Source of the DNA: Tubulanus polymorphus
Lineage: Eukaryota; Animalia; Nemertea
Direction of reading: 5' to 3'
Length of the DNA: 64,000 bases
Assembly (NCBI RefSeq): GCF_964204645.1
Contig: NC_134030.1
Coordinates: forward strand, 5,622,778 to 5,686,777
The notes below the pieces were generated by a model that saw only the letters and a program-made list of their open reading frames with translations, had not been told where the DNA came from and searched no databases. Position numbers and translations under genes: made by a program. The stretch's first letter is position 1. Each line of letters opens with the position of its first letter. Below, one piece after another: positions 24,621-37,233 of this stretch.

Positions 24621-25322
24621 TGTTTCAACGTCAGTGTCCAGTTGTAAATCCAAAGGAAAATAGTAGTTTATTGATATTTTCTAATAAATTTCATATTTTG
24701 TTGTAAAAAAATACGTGTTTGTTTTGATGCTATATACTATATTTGGTACACACCACTTGAGCCTTGCACCCACGGTCGAATTCACATACATTCACCGACG
24801 ACATCAAACCTCAACGGTGTCACAGGCTGATAAGAAAAGAATGTAATTTACACAAAGAAATTACTGAAGTTAATCTTTATTTAGTTCGAACAACTATTTA
24901 AACATGAATTTGATCGAATTCAGTCAATTCGCTTTCACGCTATACATACGTACATTTATACATTATCTAAATACAATACAACTGCGAACATTGTAGAAAA
25001 TTGTTGTTGCCCGCAAAATGTGAATCTTCATTTCGAGCCAGCTGTTTATTCTCAGCCACTTCATCGGTTAAGTCTCAATAAAATCTAAAACTTAGTTATA
25101 AATAGATTGATTATTCAATAACGTCTACAATTGAATAGTTTGTACATAATATTCAACAGTTCATAAATAAAAACATCGTTCATGGAATTATCTTTTTATT
25201 CACACATAATTTGTTTCCTCCGGAAATGACTAGAAATATGTGCATATATTAGTATCCTAACCGAGCGGCGCAGGGCGTTTCGAATCACGTTGTTTGAGAC
25301 ATACTTAACTATCAGGGCTTCA

Positions 25323-28300
25323 TCATCGCAACGGCCTGAAATTCAAATGAAAACAAAAATCGTGCATTTTGAAGGGCTTATTCAACGGAAATATTTCACC
25401 GAGTTTGACCTCAGATGAAGTACATATACATACCTACGACGTTTGGACAGCAATTTAATGATATAATGCACGACAAAAGGCCAAACAACAATAAACAAAA
25501 CGGTTTTTCCGGAAATTTGGTTAAACGGCCACCAAGAAGGAACATTCTGCAAGCAAAATGGGAAAAATAATTTCATTAAATGTCAATTCACTTTGGAATT
25601 CCTACGAAATTAGGGGCGTTTGCCAGTTTTTAAAACTGCAGAAACTAACGTGATTACGAAGTCTTTCTCGTTCGGCTTCTTCGGTTAAAACCTGTCTCTG
25701 TAACAAGGCGTACGTTTCCAGCGTATTCAGTCTGGTCAATACGTGATTCATATCTAACTGTAATTGAGCGAGCGCGGTCGTGATCTGTTCGTTAACGTCA
25801 TAGCGTAACTGACCGCCGGGTTGATGAGGAGGAAGTCCACCGCCGGCGACGATCGGCTCATTTAATCCTGCAGTATGTTCAGGGCTCTGGCGTGAACTAC
25901 CTGTGTAACACAAATACATAATGATTAATAGATTGTAGTAATCAGACATTTTGCGCGTCATCATAGGCAGACGTAGGTCAGCTTAGTGGCTCACTACCCA
26001 CCCTTATGACTGCTATTGACTGGTCGCGATTCTAGTCGCACATGTTCTACCTTCTGCAACGCGGCCATTTCTCCCAGACCTACACCCCCATTTGTGACAT
26101 GTACCCGACTTTACACAAAGTAATCGCAGCCTTACCCGGTTATATTGTAAATATTTCACTGAATCGGGGAAAATTCAAAGGGCAATGACTTGAATGAGTT
26201 GACCAATACAAAGCAAAGCAGAGTTTGGGGAATGCTATACAGTATAACCTTGGAGTAATCATTTGAATGATTACTCCAAGGTATAACCTCGTCATAATGA
26301 ACTTCTACAAAAAGATCCTTATATCCAGTATGAAATAGATAATTCTTCGTTCTTGATTCACATTATCTGATCAGATTCATTATCATATCAGGATTTTTCA
26401 TTGATGAGGAGAGTTGTGAAGGAGTCACAACGACAAGTAGTTAAAGGATTCACTAGATTTTGAAGTACAAGCTTTAGCTATTAGTACATAGCTTCATCAG
26501 GTAAATGAGGGACATTTATATTTTTTTTAAATTTCTCATTTACCTGATGAAGCTACTATACACTGGTAGCATAAGCTTTTACTTCAAATAAATCTAGTAA
26601 ACCTAGAAGTAGTGCAAATGAATCCATCTTTTTGTGGAGTTGTCATTTACAACTAGGAGAATTGTGGATAATATTTACTGGTTGATTGAGTGTCATGATT
26701 GGACCCAGACGATCTGCTAGATGATGATTGTGCGCGATTGTTTATTTTCTGATCTCCGCCCCCTCGCTGTTGAGTGATGGCTTCACGATGCAATATCGTA
26801 TCGGACATCGCCGCCTGGTGTTGAGGCGTAGAAATAGTCTGATCAGCTGATGAAAACGTCACACGATTATTCACGGAATGTCCATCTGCAAAACAAAGGT
26901 AAATTCATTGTTACAAACGAAACTTTGGTAGAAAAATAATAACTGTGCATGCCTGAGAACTTGGGACCGACAAAATATGTTCAACTTAGAAGAACTTGGC
27001 TGCGAACAAGTTGGACTAAGGGACTTTTTTGGGAATCTGAATGATGGCATCTAATTAGCAAATTAAAATTAGTAAATTAACTTTTCCCTGCCCATGTGGA
27101 TTAATTGCTTTTATACATTCTAGTATACTAAGTAAAGCCTGTTTTCTGCATAGGAATGAAGGTGCTATATAAAGCAAAAACGATAACAAGCATCCTTCAC
27201 TTCAGCATTTTGGGGATAAAACGTTTGCCTGATTTAGGTGAGCGTCGACATAAAATCTGCTGTAAAGACAGAAGGTATAAGGAAAATGAATGGGAAAATT
27301 GCGGGCCTCACCATTTCAGCCTACTTCACTGATTTTCTCATTTAGACCAATTGGACTTGCACAAGTTTTACTGTATTTAGTCAGCTTCAAACTTACTTGT
27401 ATTCGAATGTATTTGGGCAGTAGTTATCGTAAGGTTTTGATTATGTCCAGTAGGTGGATCAGTATGTTCTGATTGCGTTTTCGCTGAAATTAACAGCGGC
27501 ATCTACGAAAAAATCATAAAATATACCAGTATGATACACTGAGGCAGGCTTTGAATGGTCTCTACCGATTCGGGAATTCTCTTCTATCCCATTCTTTTTG
27601 ACCAGAATGCTCTTCCTATTCCGGCCTGGCAAAATCTTAATCTGTAAATCTGATAGAAGGCCGGTCGGGAGTATATAATTCAAATTCCCGAATCGTTTTT
27701 TATGTTTTTGATCAAAAGATATGAATATTTGAGTATTTAGTTCTGACCTGTAGTTGCTCTGATGTATCACAGAATTCGTCGTCTTCGCTGTCTGATTTCA
27801 CCGCAGTATCCGGCTCGGGCGAAGGAGCCGTTTTCGACTTAATCGGCAACGAAATCAACTGAACGATTTCATTTTGATCGTGATGACCGTTTTCACCACT
27901 CGTCACATCATCAGTATCATCCTTCTGCTCATCTTCACTACTGTTTATCATATCATCTCCATTTTCATTGATATGAAGGTGGTTTGAGTCCGTAGAACCA
28001 TTTTCTATTGACAAAGAGCATCAAATTTTAGTTTTTGAATTAGTTCAGTCGAGGGGGAGGAGGTTTCTTCTATGTACATTGTAGCAAAGGGATCATTCAT
28101 TTATTATGTACGCATTAGGGGAGGGGGGAGGGGTAAGTGCAATTGCATACTATAATGCTTAATGTATATGATAATATGGCCGATTTTGCGTACAGAGGGG
28201 GGTTGGAAAAGTCAAATTTCATGCGTACGTAATAAATGAATGATCCCAAATGAAAACCAAGCTTTAATGCAACCGTACTTTCAATGACCACTCTCGGTTC

Positions 28301-31300
28301 TGGAAAAAAATGTCCACTTTGGAAAGGTGTTCTCTACGCAGAGGTATGAACTCATATACATAACCATTCAATTGGATTACCTAGTAATAAACCATTACAT
28401 ACTGGTTGATAGTGAATGCTTTAACATCGAAAACTTATCGATTAACAACTTTTGATTGTCCAGACATACTGGGACATGGGCACGGCTCGCTGTAACGAGG
28501 TGAAATGTTCATCTTGTACCAGAAAAATGTCTATTGTAGAGACTTAATAATCAAGAGATCCTTGAAAATTTAGCTTCCAAAGAAAATTATTCATTATGGG
28601 ATGCGTTCGTTGTGGAGAAGGGTTCATTACAGGAGGTTTTACTGACCTGTATTGTGGTGGTTTGTGAGGACTACATTTTCTAAACAGCGCGCCTCTTCCT
28701 CCATAAGAGCGACGCACATCAAATCAGACGACGGTAAACCCGGATTAGTTTGATTCAGGTGTTTCTCGACGATCGAATTCACGTGATTGATGCTCATCGT
28801 CGTTTCGTCGTCGTCGTCGTCGTTGTCGTGTGGTCTAGATTTTTTACTATTATTGTTTATGACGTCTCCGTTCATTTTTGGTAAATTCGACGTGTCGACG
28901 TCGACTAGTTCGTAAAACGTTCCCAGTTTCTCGATAAATGCGGCTACATTCGGTGTCTGAGGCATCATTTCGATAATCTGAAAATAGAATGACGGTCACA
29001 TCATCAAAAGTCAATTCGTTGAAACCATCAGAAATCATTGAACACATGAACAGATCGTGACTCGTCGATAACAATATAGACAGTATATCAATGGGAGCTT
29101 ATAATTAGGTTTTTAAACCCTTCAAGGTTTCAATTGTTTCTGGTTTCCACTTTCCCAGGATTTCAACAAATTGCTCAAAATTCATGTTTTTCACTGGTAA
29201 AAATATCACCTTGCACGGAGCTGCCATGGTACGAATACGTTTAAAAACCTCAGGTGACAGGTGTTGACATGGACGCATATACATCCAAAACCCTAAGAGA
29301 ATGGCTGTATTGGACGTGAATTTACGCTCAAAACCTTTAACGGGTTAAATTCTTCTTTTTTAAAGATGTTGACACTTTCTCCTGAAACCATGATACCCTG
29401 GGGGTTAGTAAACTGCACAGGGAGTTCAGCACAAGAGGGCCTATGTATGACCTGACTGCTAAGTAACTAAACGTATGTACCGGTAACTATATCAACCATT
29501 AACAAAGAACATGAACATTAACAAACAAAGGATTACACAAGAAAATAGCAGTTTAATTGGAAGTTATTGTGTGAATTAACTGTTTCGTTAAATGGAATGT
29601 TCTTAAAGCCATAAAGAGTGACAACTTACTGACATGTACATACCTCTTTATGAAATGCATAGATATGTAGATAGGGAGAGAAGACGAAAGTTTGATTGTC
29701 TCTCGGGGAGAAATGAGATACCCACAAGGTTTTGGTATGGTGCCAGACAAGAGATTCACGGACTATATCAAATGTAGGACTATTACGAAAATGCATTTGA
29801 TTTTAGACAGAGTGCAAAAGGTAATCGAAGATGCCTAGATCTTTGATTATCAACGAGAATGTCTTACCACCAGGGTCACCACCTGATGGCACAGGTATCT
29901 CATCGCAGGGTAGCTGTGTTATATATATGACATACATACCTTCGGATCAGCCGCCATTTTTTCCTGATTTTCTTTGAGAGTCTGAAAGCCATATGTATGT
30001 TATATATATACACACACAGCAAAACTGGAGACAGTACAGTCATTTAAAGGAAAAAAAAAACAAACTACTATGCGTAAAATATACTACCGTAGACATACAG
30101 TGGATGTTTCTACCAAAATCAGAAAATTTGATTTATTGATGGTTTCAATAAATTAATACAAGTTATTAGACATAAATCCAATTTTTCTACAGTACATGTA
30201 TATCTATGATACCCCTGTTATATAGCAATATCATTCTTAGCATATTAAAGAGCATCAAAGCTGAGTCAATGTTATCACATTACATTTGAAAACATCGGCA
30301 TGTTAAAATGCAAAAAGAAAGTATATACTGGTTGTTGATAAGTGAAAATTTGAGAACTCCCACGCGTTAAAATGCAAAAAGAAGATATATACTGGTATGT
30401 GAAGTGTTGGAAGCAATAGATTTTTGTCCATTGTTCAAGGAGGATGGGATCAACTGTGCTCTGTTTCTCCGACCAAAATTTCGTGAGAATTTGATATCGA
30501 TTTCTGACAACATGATTTTCAATGTCAGTCAGTTTATGAACGGCTACTTATAACATCGAAAATAATACACATGATAACAGAAAGGTCGATAACGCACCAT
30601 TGTGTGATAAGAGAATACCAACATGCTAGCCTAATTTGAAGACGTTAAAAAATAATGCGTTTCAATACCTTCTTCAATTCCTCGACGTAATTTGACATCG
30701 CCTCCGTTTTGGGCATAGTCCCCAATGAATTCCACGCATCCCTGTAAAAAATAACAAAGAAGAGAACGTACAAATTTATGAAAATACTTAATAACAGTTA
30801 ATGAAACAATGTTTATAATTTTGGAGTATTTCAATATCCATAATTCGATGAGAAAATTTGTGGAGGAGTCATGTTAACCTGGAATCAAATCAAATGAAAA
30901 AAGAGGTAGGCTAGTAGCTTTACTGATCTTATTTATAGAAATCATAAGCTTTCGCTACTAGTGCATAGTTAACCTATGAGTACTTCCTGTTTTCTCATTA
31001 AACATCCACAATGAGTACAAGTGGCACAGGTCTTACCCTAGCCTTTACCTCTCATCTATGCAATTAAGCGCTCAGGAATAATCTACCTGGTAGGTGATTA
31101 CTTATAGGCGAGGAGAGGCTTATGTCAACGAGGATCACTAACACTGACTCTACAATCTTGCCAGGGACCCAAGCAGTGTCTCAACCCATGAACCCATGAT
31201 CAGGGCCAGTTGCTGAAAAGTTGGTTAGAGTCAACTAATTGGTGGACAAACCATTGGTATCAATGCAATTTCAATTGTCACCATGGCATCTTTCTGTCAG

Positions 31301-32325
31301 TTAACTTCAACTTTTGAGCAGCATTTTCGAGTAATAAGGATGCATTTACCATTTTGCCTTCCCAACAACATCCCAGAATCCAGGTCGTTGAACCATACAT
31401 GGTCCTAGAGTTGCTTGCTTGTAGAAGCCATAAAAACGTAACATCAACTCATGAGACGGTTGAAAAGTACCTGGAAAAAAATAAAAATTGACAATCAGAT
31501 ATTTATACAAACAACACTTTTGATTTTTTGGTAATCAGGGAAACTGGATGTCTAAAAGAAAAAGCAAGGCAGTTCAAGCAGCCATGCTGAAAGCCACCAG
31601 GCACCAGTGAGGTTCCACGATCAGATGCAGACTGATATTTTCTTCAAAGCATTACATCAAAAAATTCCAAGGATGATGTCAAATTCATAGGTGTGTCATC
31701 AATCTTTTTTAAAAAGGGCAACCTCGATGGCAACGCTATAAGGGAGGTGCAGTGACCGAGTGGTTTAAGCCGCCGGTCACTGGTCAATCAATCCCCAGGG
31801 TTTATGGGTTCAAACCCTGGTCGCAACAGAGCTTCTTGGTTGAAGGTTCTTCTCGTCTCTCCCCCGTTAGGAAAAAGAAACATCGAACCCGCTTCTTATA
31901 TGTAATGCCCTGCGCGCGTGGCGCTAGGGCTAGAGGTGATGGTGTTAAAAAAGGCTTTAAGGGGTCCAGATCGGCAAAACCATGCCTAGAAGTAGCTTTG
32001 ATCTTGGAGCAGTGACATGTGATCTCGTGAACAGGATGCAACCATACAATGCAACACGAAAAGCATGATTAGATTTTTTCTGTTGTTGTGAGTGAGTGAG
32101 TGTGGACGGTGGACGAGCGAGACGAGTAAAATTGTCACACTTTTCATGTTAGGTTTCCACATCATTTTATGGGTTTCAGTATCTATGATGTTATTGATAA
32201 AAGCAGCTGGTGCTACATATTTCATCTATCATTCGGTGAAGTAACGAGCGCGTACCATTTTTTGGTAAACTCTGAATAACTTTGACTGCGGCGTCGAATT
32301 TCTCATTCGTCGAAGCGGCGGCCAT
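25323..32325 (-). CDS. ACBD5: Acyl-CoA-binding domain protein ACBD4/5 orthologue (tail-anchored, FFAT motif)
   Basis: Exons 32325-32256, 31470-31350, 30741-30669, (29981-29940), 28977-28647, 28004-27748, 27502-27397, 26885-26679, 25900-25650, 25546-25434, 25335-25323; all phases consistent. ACB domain [45 protein letters not shown]; FFAT-like [13 protein letters not shown]; coiled coil [16 protein letters not shown]; WWPF + TM + basic tail KRRRPLR. Confidence 0.93.
26446..26603. mobile_element. Fold-back element with two divergent degenerate minimal hammerhead motifs (family A)
   Basis: Imperfect inverted repeat; CTGATGA-A-GCTA...TAGC on both strands (26544-26550 plus, 26500-26494 minus), with GAAA changed to ATAA and TAAA. 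Confidence 0.65.
28089..28247. mobile_element. PIF/Harbinger (Tourist-like) MITE, copy 1
   Basis: TIR GGGATCATTCATTTATTAtGTACGCA / TGCGTACGTAATAAATGAATGATCCC; 3-bp flanks AAA/AAA; second copy at 45716. Confidence 0.85.
29118..29344. mobile_element. piggyBac-like MITE family 2, copy 1
   Basis: CCC...GGG|TTAA ends; internal blocks (aaaattcatgtttttca; atatacatccaaaaccctaagagaat) shared with 58207-58484. Confidence 0.6.
31040..31200 (-). mobile_element. SINE fragment, interrupted on the right by a MITE-like element at about 31201-31325
   Basis: Degenerate tRNA-like head on the minus strand; tcctgagcg block shared with the SINE at 59070; adjacent gggccagttgctgaaaagttg...caacttttgagcagc inverted ends. 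Confidence 0.35.
31746..32040 (+). mobile_element. tRNA-derived SINE
   Basis: A box TGACCGAGTGG and B box GGTTCAAACC in a tRNA-like head (31746-31828) with no proper anticodon arm, followed by a GC-richer body; 3' end approximate. Confidence 0.6.
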
Positions 32326-32799
32326 ATTGTTTACTTCCTGGTTCGACAACTTTTGCCGGTAGATGGTGTGCTACTACTAATTATTACTACGCGTTAAACG
32401 AATTAAACGAGTTTAATGATTTCTGAAATAAATTGTGAATTAAGATCTTATTAATAATATAAAAGATGGCACATGTGTCACAGATGCAATCAACTCTGTT
32501 TCTATAAATAAGAACTTTATTTGCGTGTGAACTTTCTGTTGTATGTGAACAGGTTCCAGGACGTTTTAGATGCGTTTTCCCAAATTACGTCATTAATGGA
32601 GTGAACAACCAATCATAATACGGGCACCTGTCAAACTAGCCAATCATCGCGTTGATTGCGCCACTTCCGCCCGACATCGCTCAATTTCTTGCTACTTTCG
32701 TTGTTGACGCGTCGACTTTTGCTCGTAAAAACATCGAAATTCTACATTCAAACCACGATTAAAATCTTAAAACCGATTCTCAATTGAAGTGGCGAAATC
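32326..32799. promoter_or_regulatory. Bidirectional promoter ACBD5/CREBZF
   Basis: Divergent start codons 474 bp apart; two CCAATCA boxes (about 32609 and 32641), CRE/ATF-like TTACGTCA (about 32585), ETS cores ACTTCC. Confidence 0.65.
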
Positions 32800-33882
32800 A
32801 TGGATGCTGTTTACGATACTGGATCGCTTCTAGACGAACTAGAACGAGAGTGCGCCGACGCTGAACTTCTGGTTCTTGGTGGTGGAAGTTGGCCGCCGAC
32901 AATGACATCTTCCCCGACGCATTCGCTTGAAAGCGACGACAGCGGTACAGGTAGTTATGTCGAAGATATCGACGATATTTTAATTAACGATGTCTGCTTA
33001 ACTGCTGATTTATTTGATGTACCCGAGGCTTTTAATGATGAATTGCTAAATAACAATAACGTTAAGAAGATAATAGAACCTGAAAATCAGTGCTTGCCAT
33101 CATCGTATGCGGAAAATAATTCCAATTTGAATTGTTCCTCTGTAGGCAACTATTCACAGGCGTTGTTATCAGTAGATCCTGTAATTTCGTCGATTTCGGA
33201 AGATAACGTGGATGAAAATGCCGTTTTAAAAGGTAATGATAATAATAACGATGAAGTTATGCTTGTTCCACGTACTCGCGTTTCGAGTAGAATAGCCGCG
33301 AGACCGGTCGTCGCGATGACCAGCGCCGATAAAGATCACGGCTACGTGTTGAAACTCGCCGACAACACGACGGAAAATCAACACCAGAACAAACTGCCGA
33401 AAGCCCCGAAATCGGTTTATTCGAAAATCGTCGAAGACCCGGGCGTCGATAAGACGACGAAGACCGTCATTCAAGCGCGTTTAAATCGCCAGAAGAAGAA
33501 GGAATACATCCAGGGTTTGGAGTCGCAGGTTACGAAATTCAAATCGGAAAACGTCGAACTGCGACAACGCGAAAAACAATGGGAGAAACATCGTAAATCT
33601 CTCGAGGAGGAGATCGTTTACTTGAAGTCGGTTCTAGCGAACGACAGTCGATTGTCGTCGCTTCTGAAGAATATAAACGGTTTGAAGAACGTTCACTTGT
33701 CGTCAGCGTTCTCACAGAAGCGTAAAATCGACGCCGACCACGATTATTTGAAACGCGATCGCGTCGGTTCCGCGACCGGCGGCGTTTGTTTACACGTCGA
33801 TAGCGACGAGGTGTCGTTGGAGTTTTGTTCGCGGTGTTCGAATCAATCGAAACGAAGTCGTTCGACCGTCGATGATCGCTGA
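32800..33882 (+). CDS. CREBZF: CREB/ATF bZIP protein Zhangfei orthologue, intronless
   Basis: bZIP ARLNRQKKKEYIQGLE...; HCF-binding motif DHDY; C-terminal GGVCLHVDSDEVSLEFCSRC typical of CREBZF; acidic N-terminus. Confidence 0.92.
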   Translation: MDAVYDTGSLLDELERECADAELLVLGGGSWPPTMTSSPTHSLESDDSGTGSYVEDIDDILINDVCLTADLFDVPEAFNDELLNNNNVKKIIEPENQCLPSSYAENNSNLNCSSVGNYSQALLSVDPVISSISEDNVDENAVLKGNDNNNDEVMLVPRTRVSSRIAARPVVAMTSADKDHGYVLKLADNTTENQHQNKLPKAPKSVYSKIVEDPGVDKTTKTVIQARLNRQKKKEYIQGLESQVTKFKSENVELRQREKQWEKHRKSLEEEIVYLKSVLANDSRLSSLLKNINGLKNVHLSSAFSQKRKIDADHDYLKRDRVGSATGGVCLHVDSDEVSLEFCSRCSNQSKRSRSTVDDR

Positions 33883-36800
33883 TCGGATTCAGAGATTTGA
33901 AAAGGAAAGTTTCTTGTGTGTTGAAAATACATGTGGTACATGTACAACTAATCACAGCGCGCTGGGACACCTTCACCGGTTCCTATAGCGCTTAGTGAAC
34001 AGGGGAAATTAGTGTGAACTTCGCTGGTTAAAAACAGTAAATCGGCAAAAAAATATAGAAGAAAAAAAGATAAACAATAAAAACGGAGAAAAGCTTCATT
34101 AACTTTAAACATTCAAAAAAGACAAACTTGAGAAAAAGAATAGAAAAAAAACATTGAATTGTTGTAAATCGGTGTATTTTGTGATGATGTATTGTTTACT
34201 TTTGCTTCTAACTATATCTTTACCTTGCAGTAGTATGAGACTTCGACACACACACACCTGGCACACGGCATTCTACATCGAATGTTGCACAACGTAAATG
34301 TGTGCGCGTTCAGAATTTTTAAATGGTAAGATTTCGATGCCATTTTCATTTCAGGATATATACCGAATCAAGTGATTGTACATATGTGATGAAATCTCTT
34401 ATATACAGTAGACTCTTGATGATTTTAGCTTCTCAAAGTTCCTATAGTTTATCAGATAAAAATGTATTAGGACTGTTAGAACTGCAAAATCAAGAGTAAT
34501 ACGGTTAAACCTGCTTAATCGGGATTTTCGTCTACTCTGGACAATATATGCAGTTCATTTGTAGGTCCCTATTGATCCAAGTGGATTCTACTGTAGGATA
34601 GATATTACATATATAATTGATATTCTTTAATTAACTAATTTAGCTCATGACTGAGAGTTAAAATTTCTCTGAACATTGTTCTAGTTTTTAAAGAGTCTTA
34701 CTGTTACAATAACGCTACCCATTATGGCTTAGTTTATCTGATTATGGAGAGGTTTCGCTCTTGTACTATATTCACTGGATTCGGTATTAAATCGTTGAAT
34801 GAAATTAGAGGAAAAAATCAGCGTAACATTCATCGCGGTTCCGAGTAGTAAATCCATCGTGGATAAGTTTGAAGCGAACTGAACTACGATGAAGTTGCGT
34901 TGATCGTCGTGTAACACGAATATTAATACCAGATTTCATGTTTGTTTTTGTGGCGGTGATTAGAAAGAGAGAGAGAGAGATGGTGGTGTCTGCGTTTGTT
35001 ACCCAGATCGATAGTTGCCGATTCCTGATAATCATCCGATGCGATTTTAAATTTTTCAAACGGTAATACCTATACAAAGTTGTTTTGTATGTTTTAATTT
35101 TTAGCGTTCTTTGGTGAAAATTTGCAGCTTCCCTTTTTCAGTAGAGTTTATGTCAATTTCCCTAAACTGGGCTGGAGTAACTCCAAAACTGCCCAAGTTT
35201 GTGAGTTGATTGAAGATTTAGAATGTCTTTGATCCTTAACCTCGGGTATCACTGGTTCAAGAAAGGGTTTGTGGGTATCAAATTCTCAATTAATCTCTAT
35301 ATTTTGATTGGGAAGACTGCAAAGTAATCGAAACTCCATTACATAATTCTGCCTTCTTCGAAAGCGAAAAGTGCTTGTCAATGAATTTTGAAAACGGATT
35401 TGAAGATCAAGTAATCATTGATAATGAAGTAAATTAAGTGGAACTGCCAGTTTATGGGATAAATTGATTAAATAACTGTTGTTAAGTTGCATGTTGATGA
35501 TAGCCTATGAAGCATTGCAACGCATTAATACAGATTTCATATAAATATGTGCTGAAACTTATGACTTAATAATCTATTTTGTAAATATGTATTATATTAC
35601 TATAATGTGTACAGAAAAAAAAATAAATATGTGAAAGTATTTTACGATCATGAAAACGTTTTATGTTGAGCCGATTAATCTTGCTAGATTTTATTTTGCA
35701 GTTATTAGTGTATCCATATTGGTTCACTTCAGATAAACACGGAAAGAGGAGAGAAAGGAGGCAAGAGAATGAGGAAGAGATCATACAGCTTACTGTAAGG
35801 TCGTGTGTTTGGTTGAGAGGATGGTGTGTGTATGAGCTGGTAACTGTGTACAATCCATGTTTCTTTATTATAAATGCATTACTCGATCTGCTGATAGCTA
35901 TGATGAAAAAAATTCACTTTTTAGCGCGCTGAATTCGTGGACAGTTAACTAATTATGAAATACATGTATAGCAGCTTCCCCTACTCTGATCAGGTTGGTC
36001 TGTTGATGTAGCATTCAATTAGCATTCAACCGATTATACTGGTTTTGCTAGTTCATCAGTAGTGGAAAGCAGTCTAAATGGGTAATGTATGTATGAAGAA
36101 GAACATGGACTGTGTATCATACCTGAATTAAATTTGTGGAATAACAGAGATGAGGAGTTACTTAACATTTTGTAAGTTCTTCAGACCTAAGCAACTTGAT
36201 CGACTTGAGGAAACTTGTACATTACATTTTACAGGGAAATAAAGTTAAATTTATTCGAGAAAATTAACTACGATAATCTTGAAGTGTTTTATTGGCTTTT
36301 TTGTTCCACCATTACCTCATAGGGAATATTTGGCCACTATCACCTGGAGATCCCTGCTGGATGAAGACTCGATCACTGTGAGTTGAATCTATGAATAACC
36401 TGAACCCCTGAGATTATCGAAAAGTGCGTATTTAAAGGATTAAAATCCCTTCACGAGGTCTTGTTTCCTGAATACATTCGTCAGTGTTTGAGGACTTCCT
36501 CATTCTCAATAATTGGAGATTTCTAGGCTCTCAAACTTGCTAATAGATGCAAAAGTCGATGGTAAGCTTTCTGGATCACTCATTTTCGATAACTGGGACG
36601 TATTGGAGATTTCTAGGGCCAAATTCGGTTTTCGTATCTAGTCAACTAGTGGTCGGAACTAATAACCGAATGCGCTTGATTTTCGAACTATTTCCGGAAT
36701 ATAGTTCCGACTATTGGACATTCGGTTTCGTTAAGTTCGACTAACTCAGAAAACCGAAGGTGGCCTAGAGATTCAAAAGATAATGGCAAGCTTCTGGATC

Positions 36801-37233
36801 CATGGGACCCTTTAAGTAGGTTCTCGTATCAAGTACAGCAGTGACTGTCAGATTCTTGTTCAGATTAAAACTGAAAGTGATGAGTCATCCTTTCAATGAA
36901 TTGCCAATTGGAATAAAGTAGTGACAAATTAATCAGGACGGAAAGGATTTTATTTGATTTAACATAAATAGATAAACTATATGCATTTTTTAAAATATAC
37001 AAACATTACGTCGTTCTACTGTAATTTTTAACAAGTCTTTTTTCACTAATTCATATGGACGGATAATATTTGTAGGTAAATCATCTTGCTGGACGGCTTA
37101 GTATTATTCAACGACGGTATAGTTCAATCACAAGTGCTATCAGTGTCCATAGAAAAAATATTAAATAATTAGACGCAGCCTTTTATTTGTGCAACTCTCA
37201 AGTATTTCAGTCTGGTCTCTGTGGCGGGTGACT

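Noticed and set aside
31746-31828. Possible functional tRNA gene
   Set aside because: A and B boxes are present but the acceptor and anticodon stems do not pair properly; treated as a SINE head.
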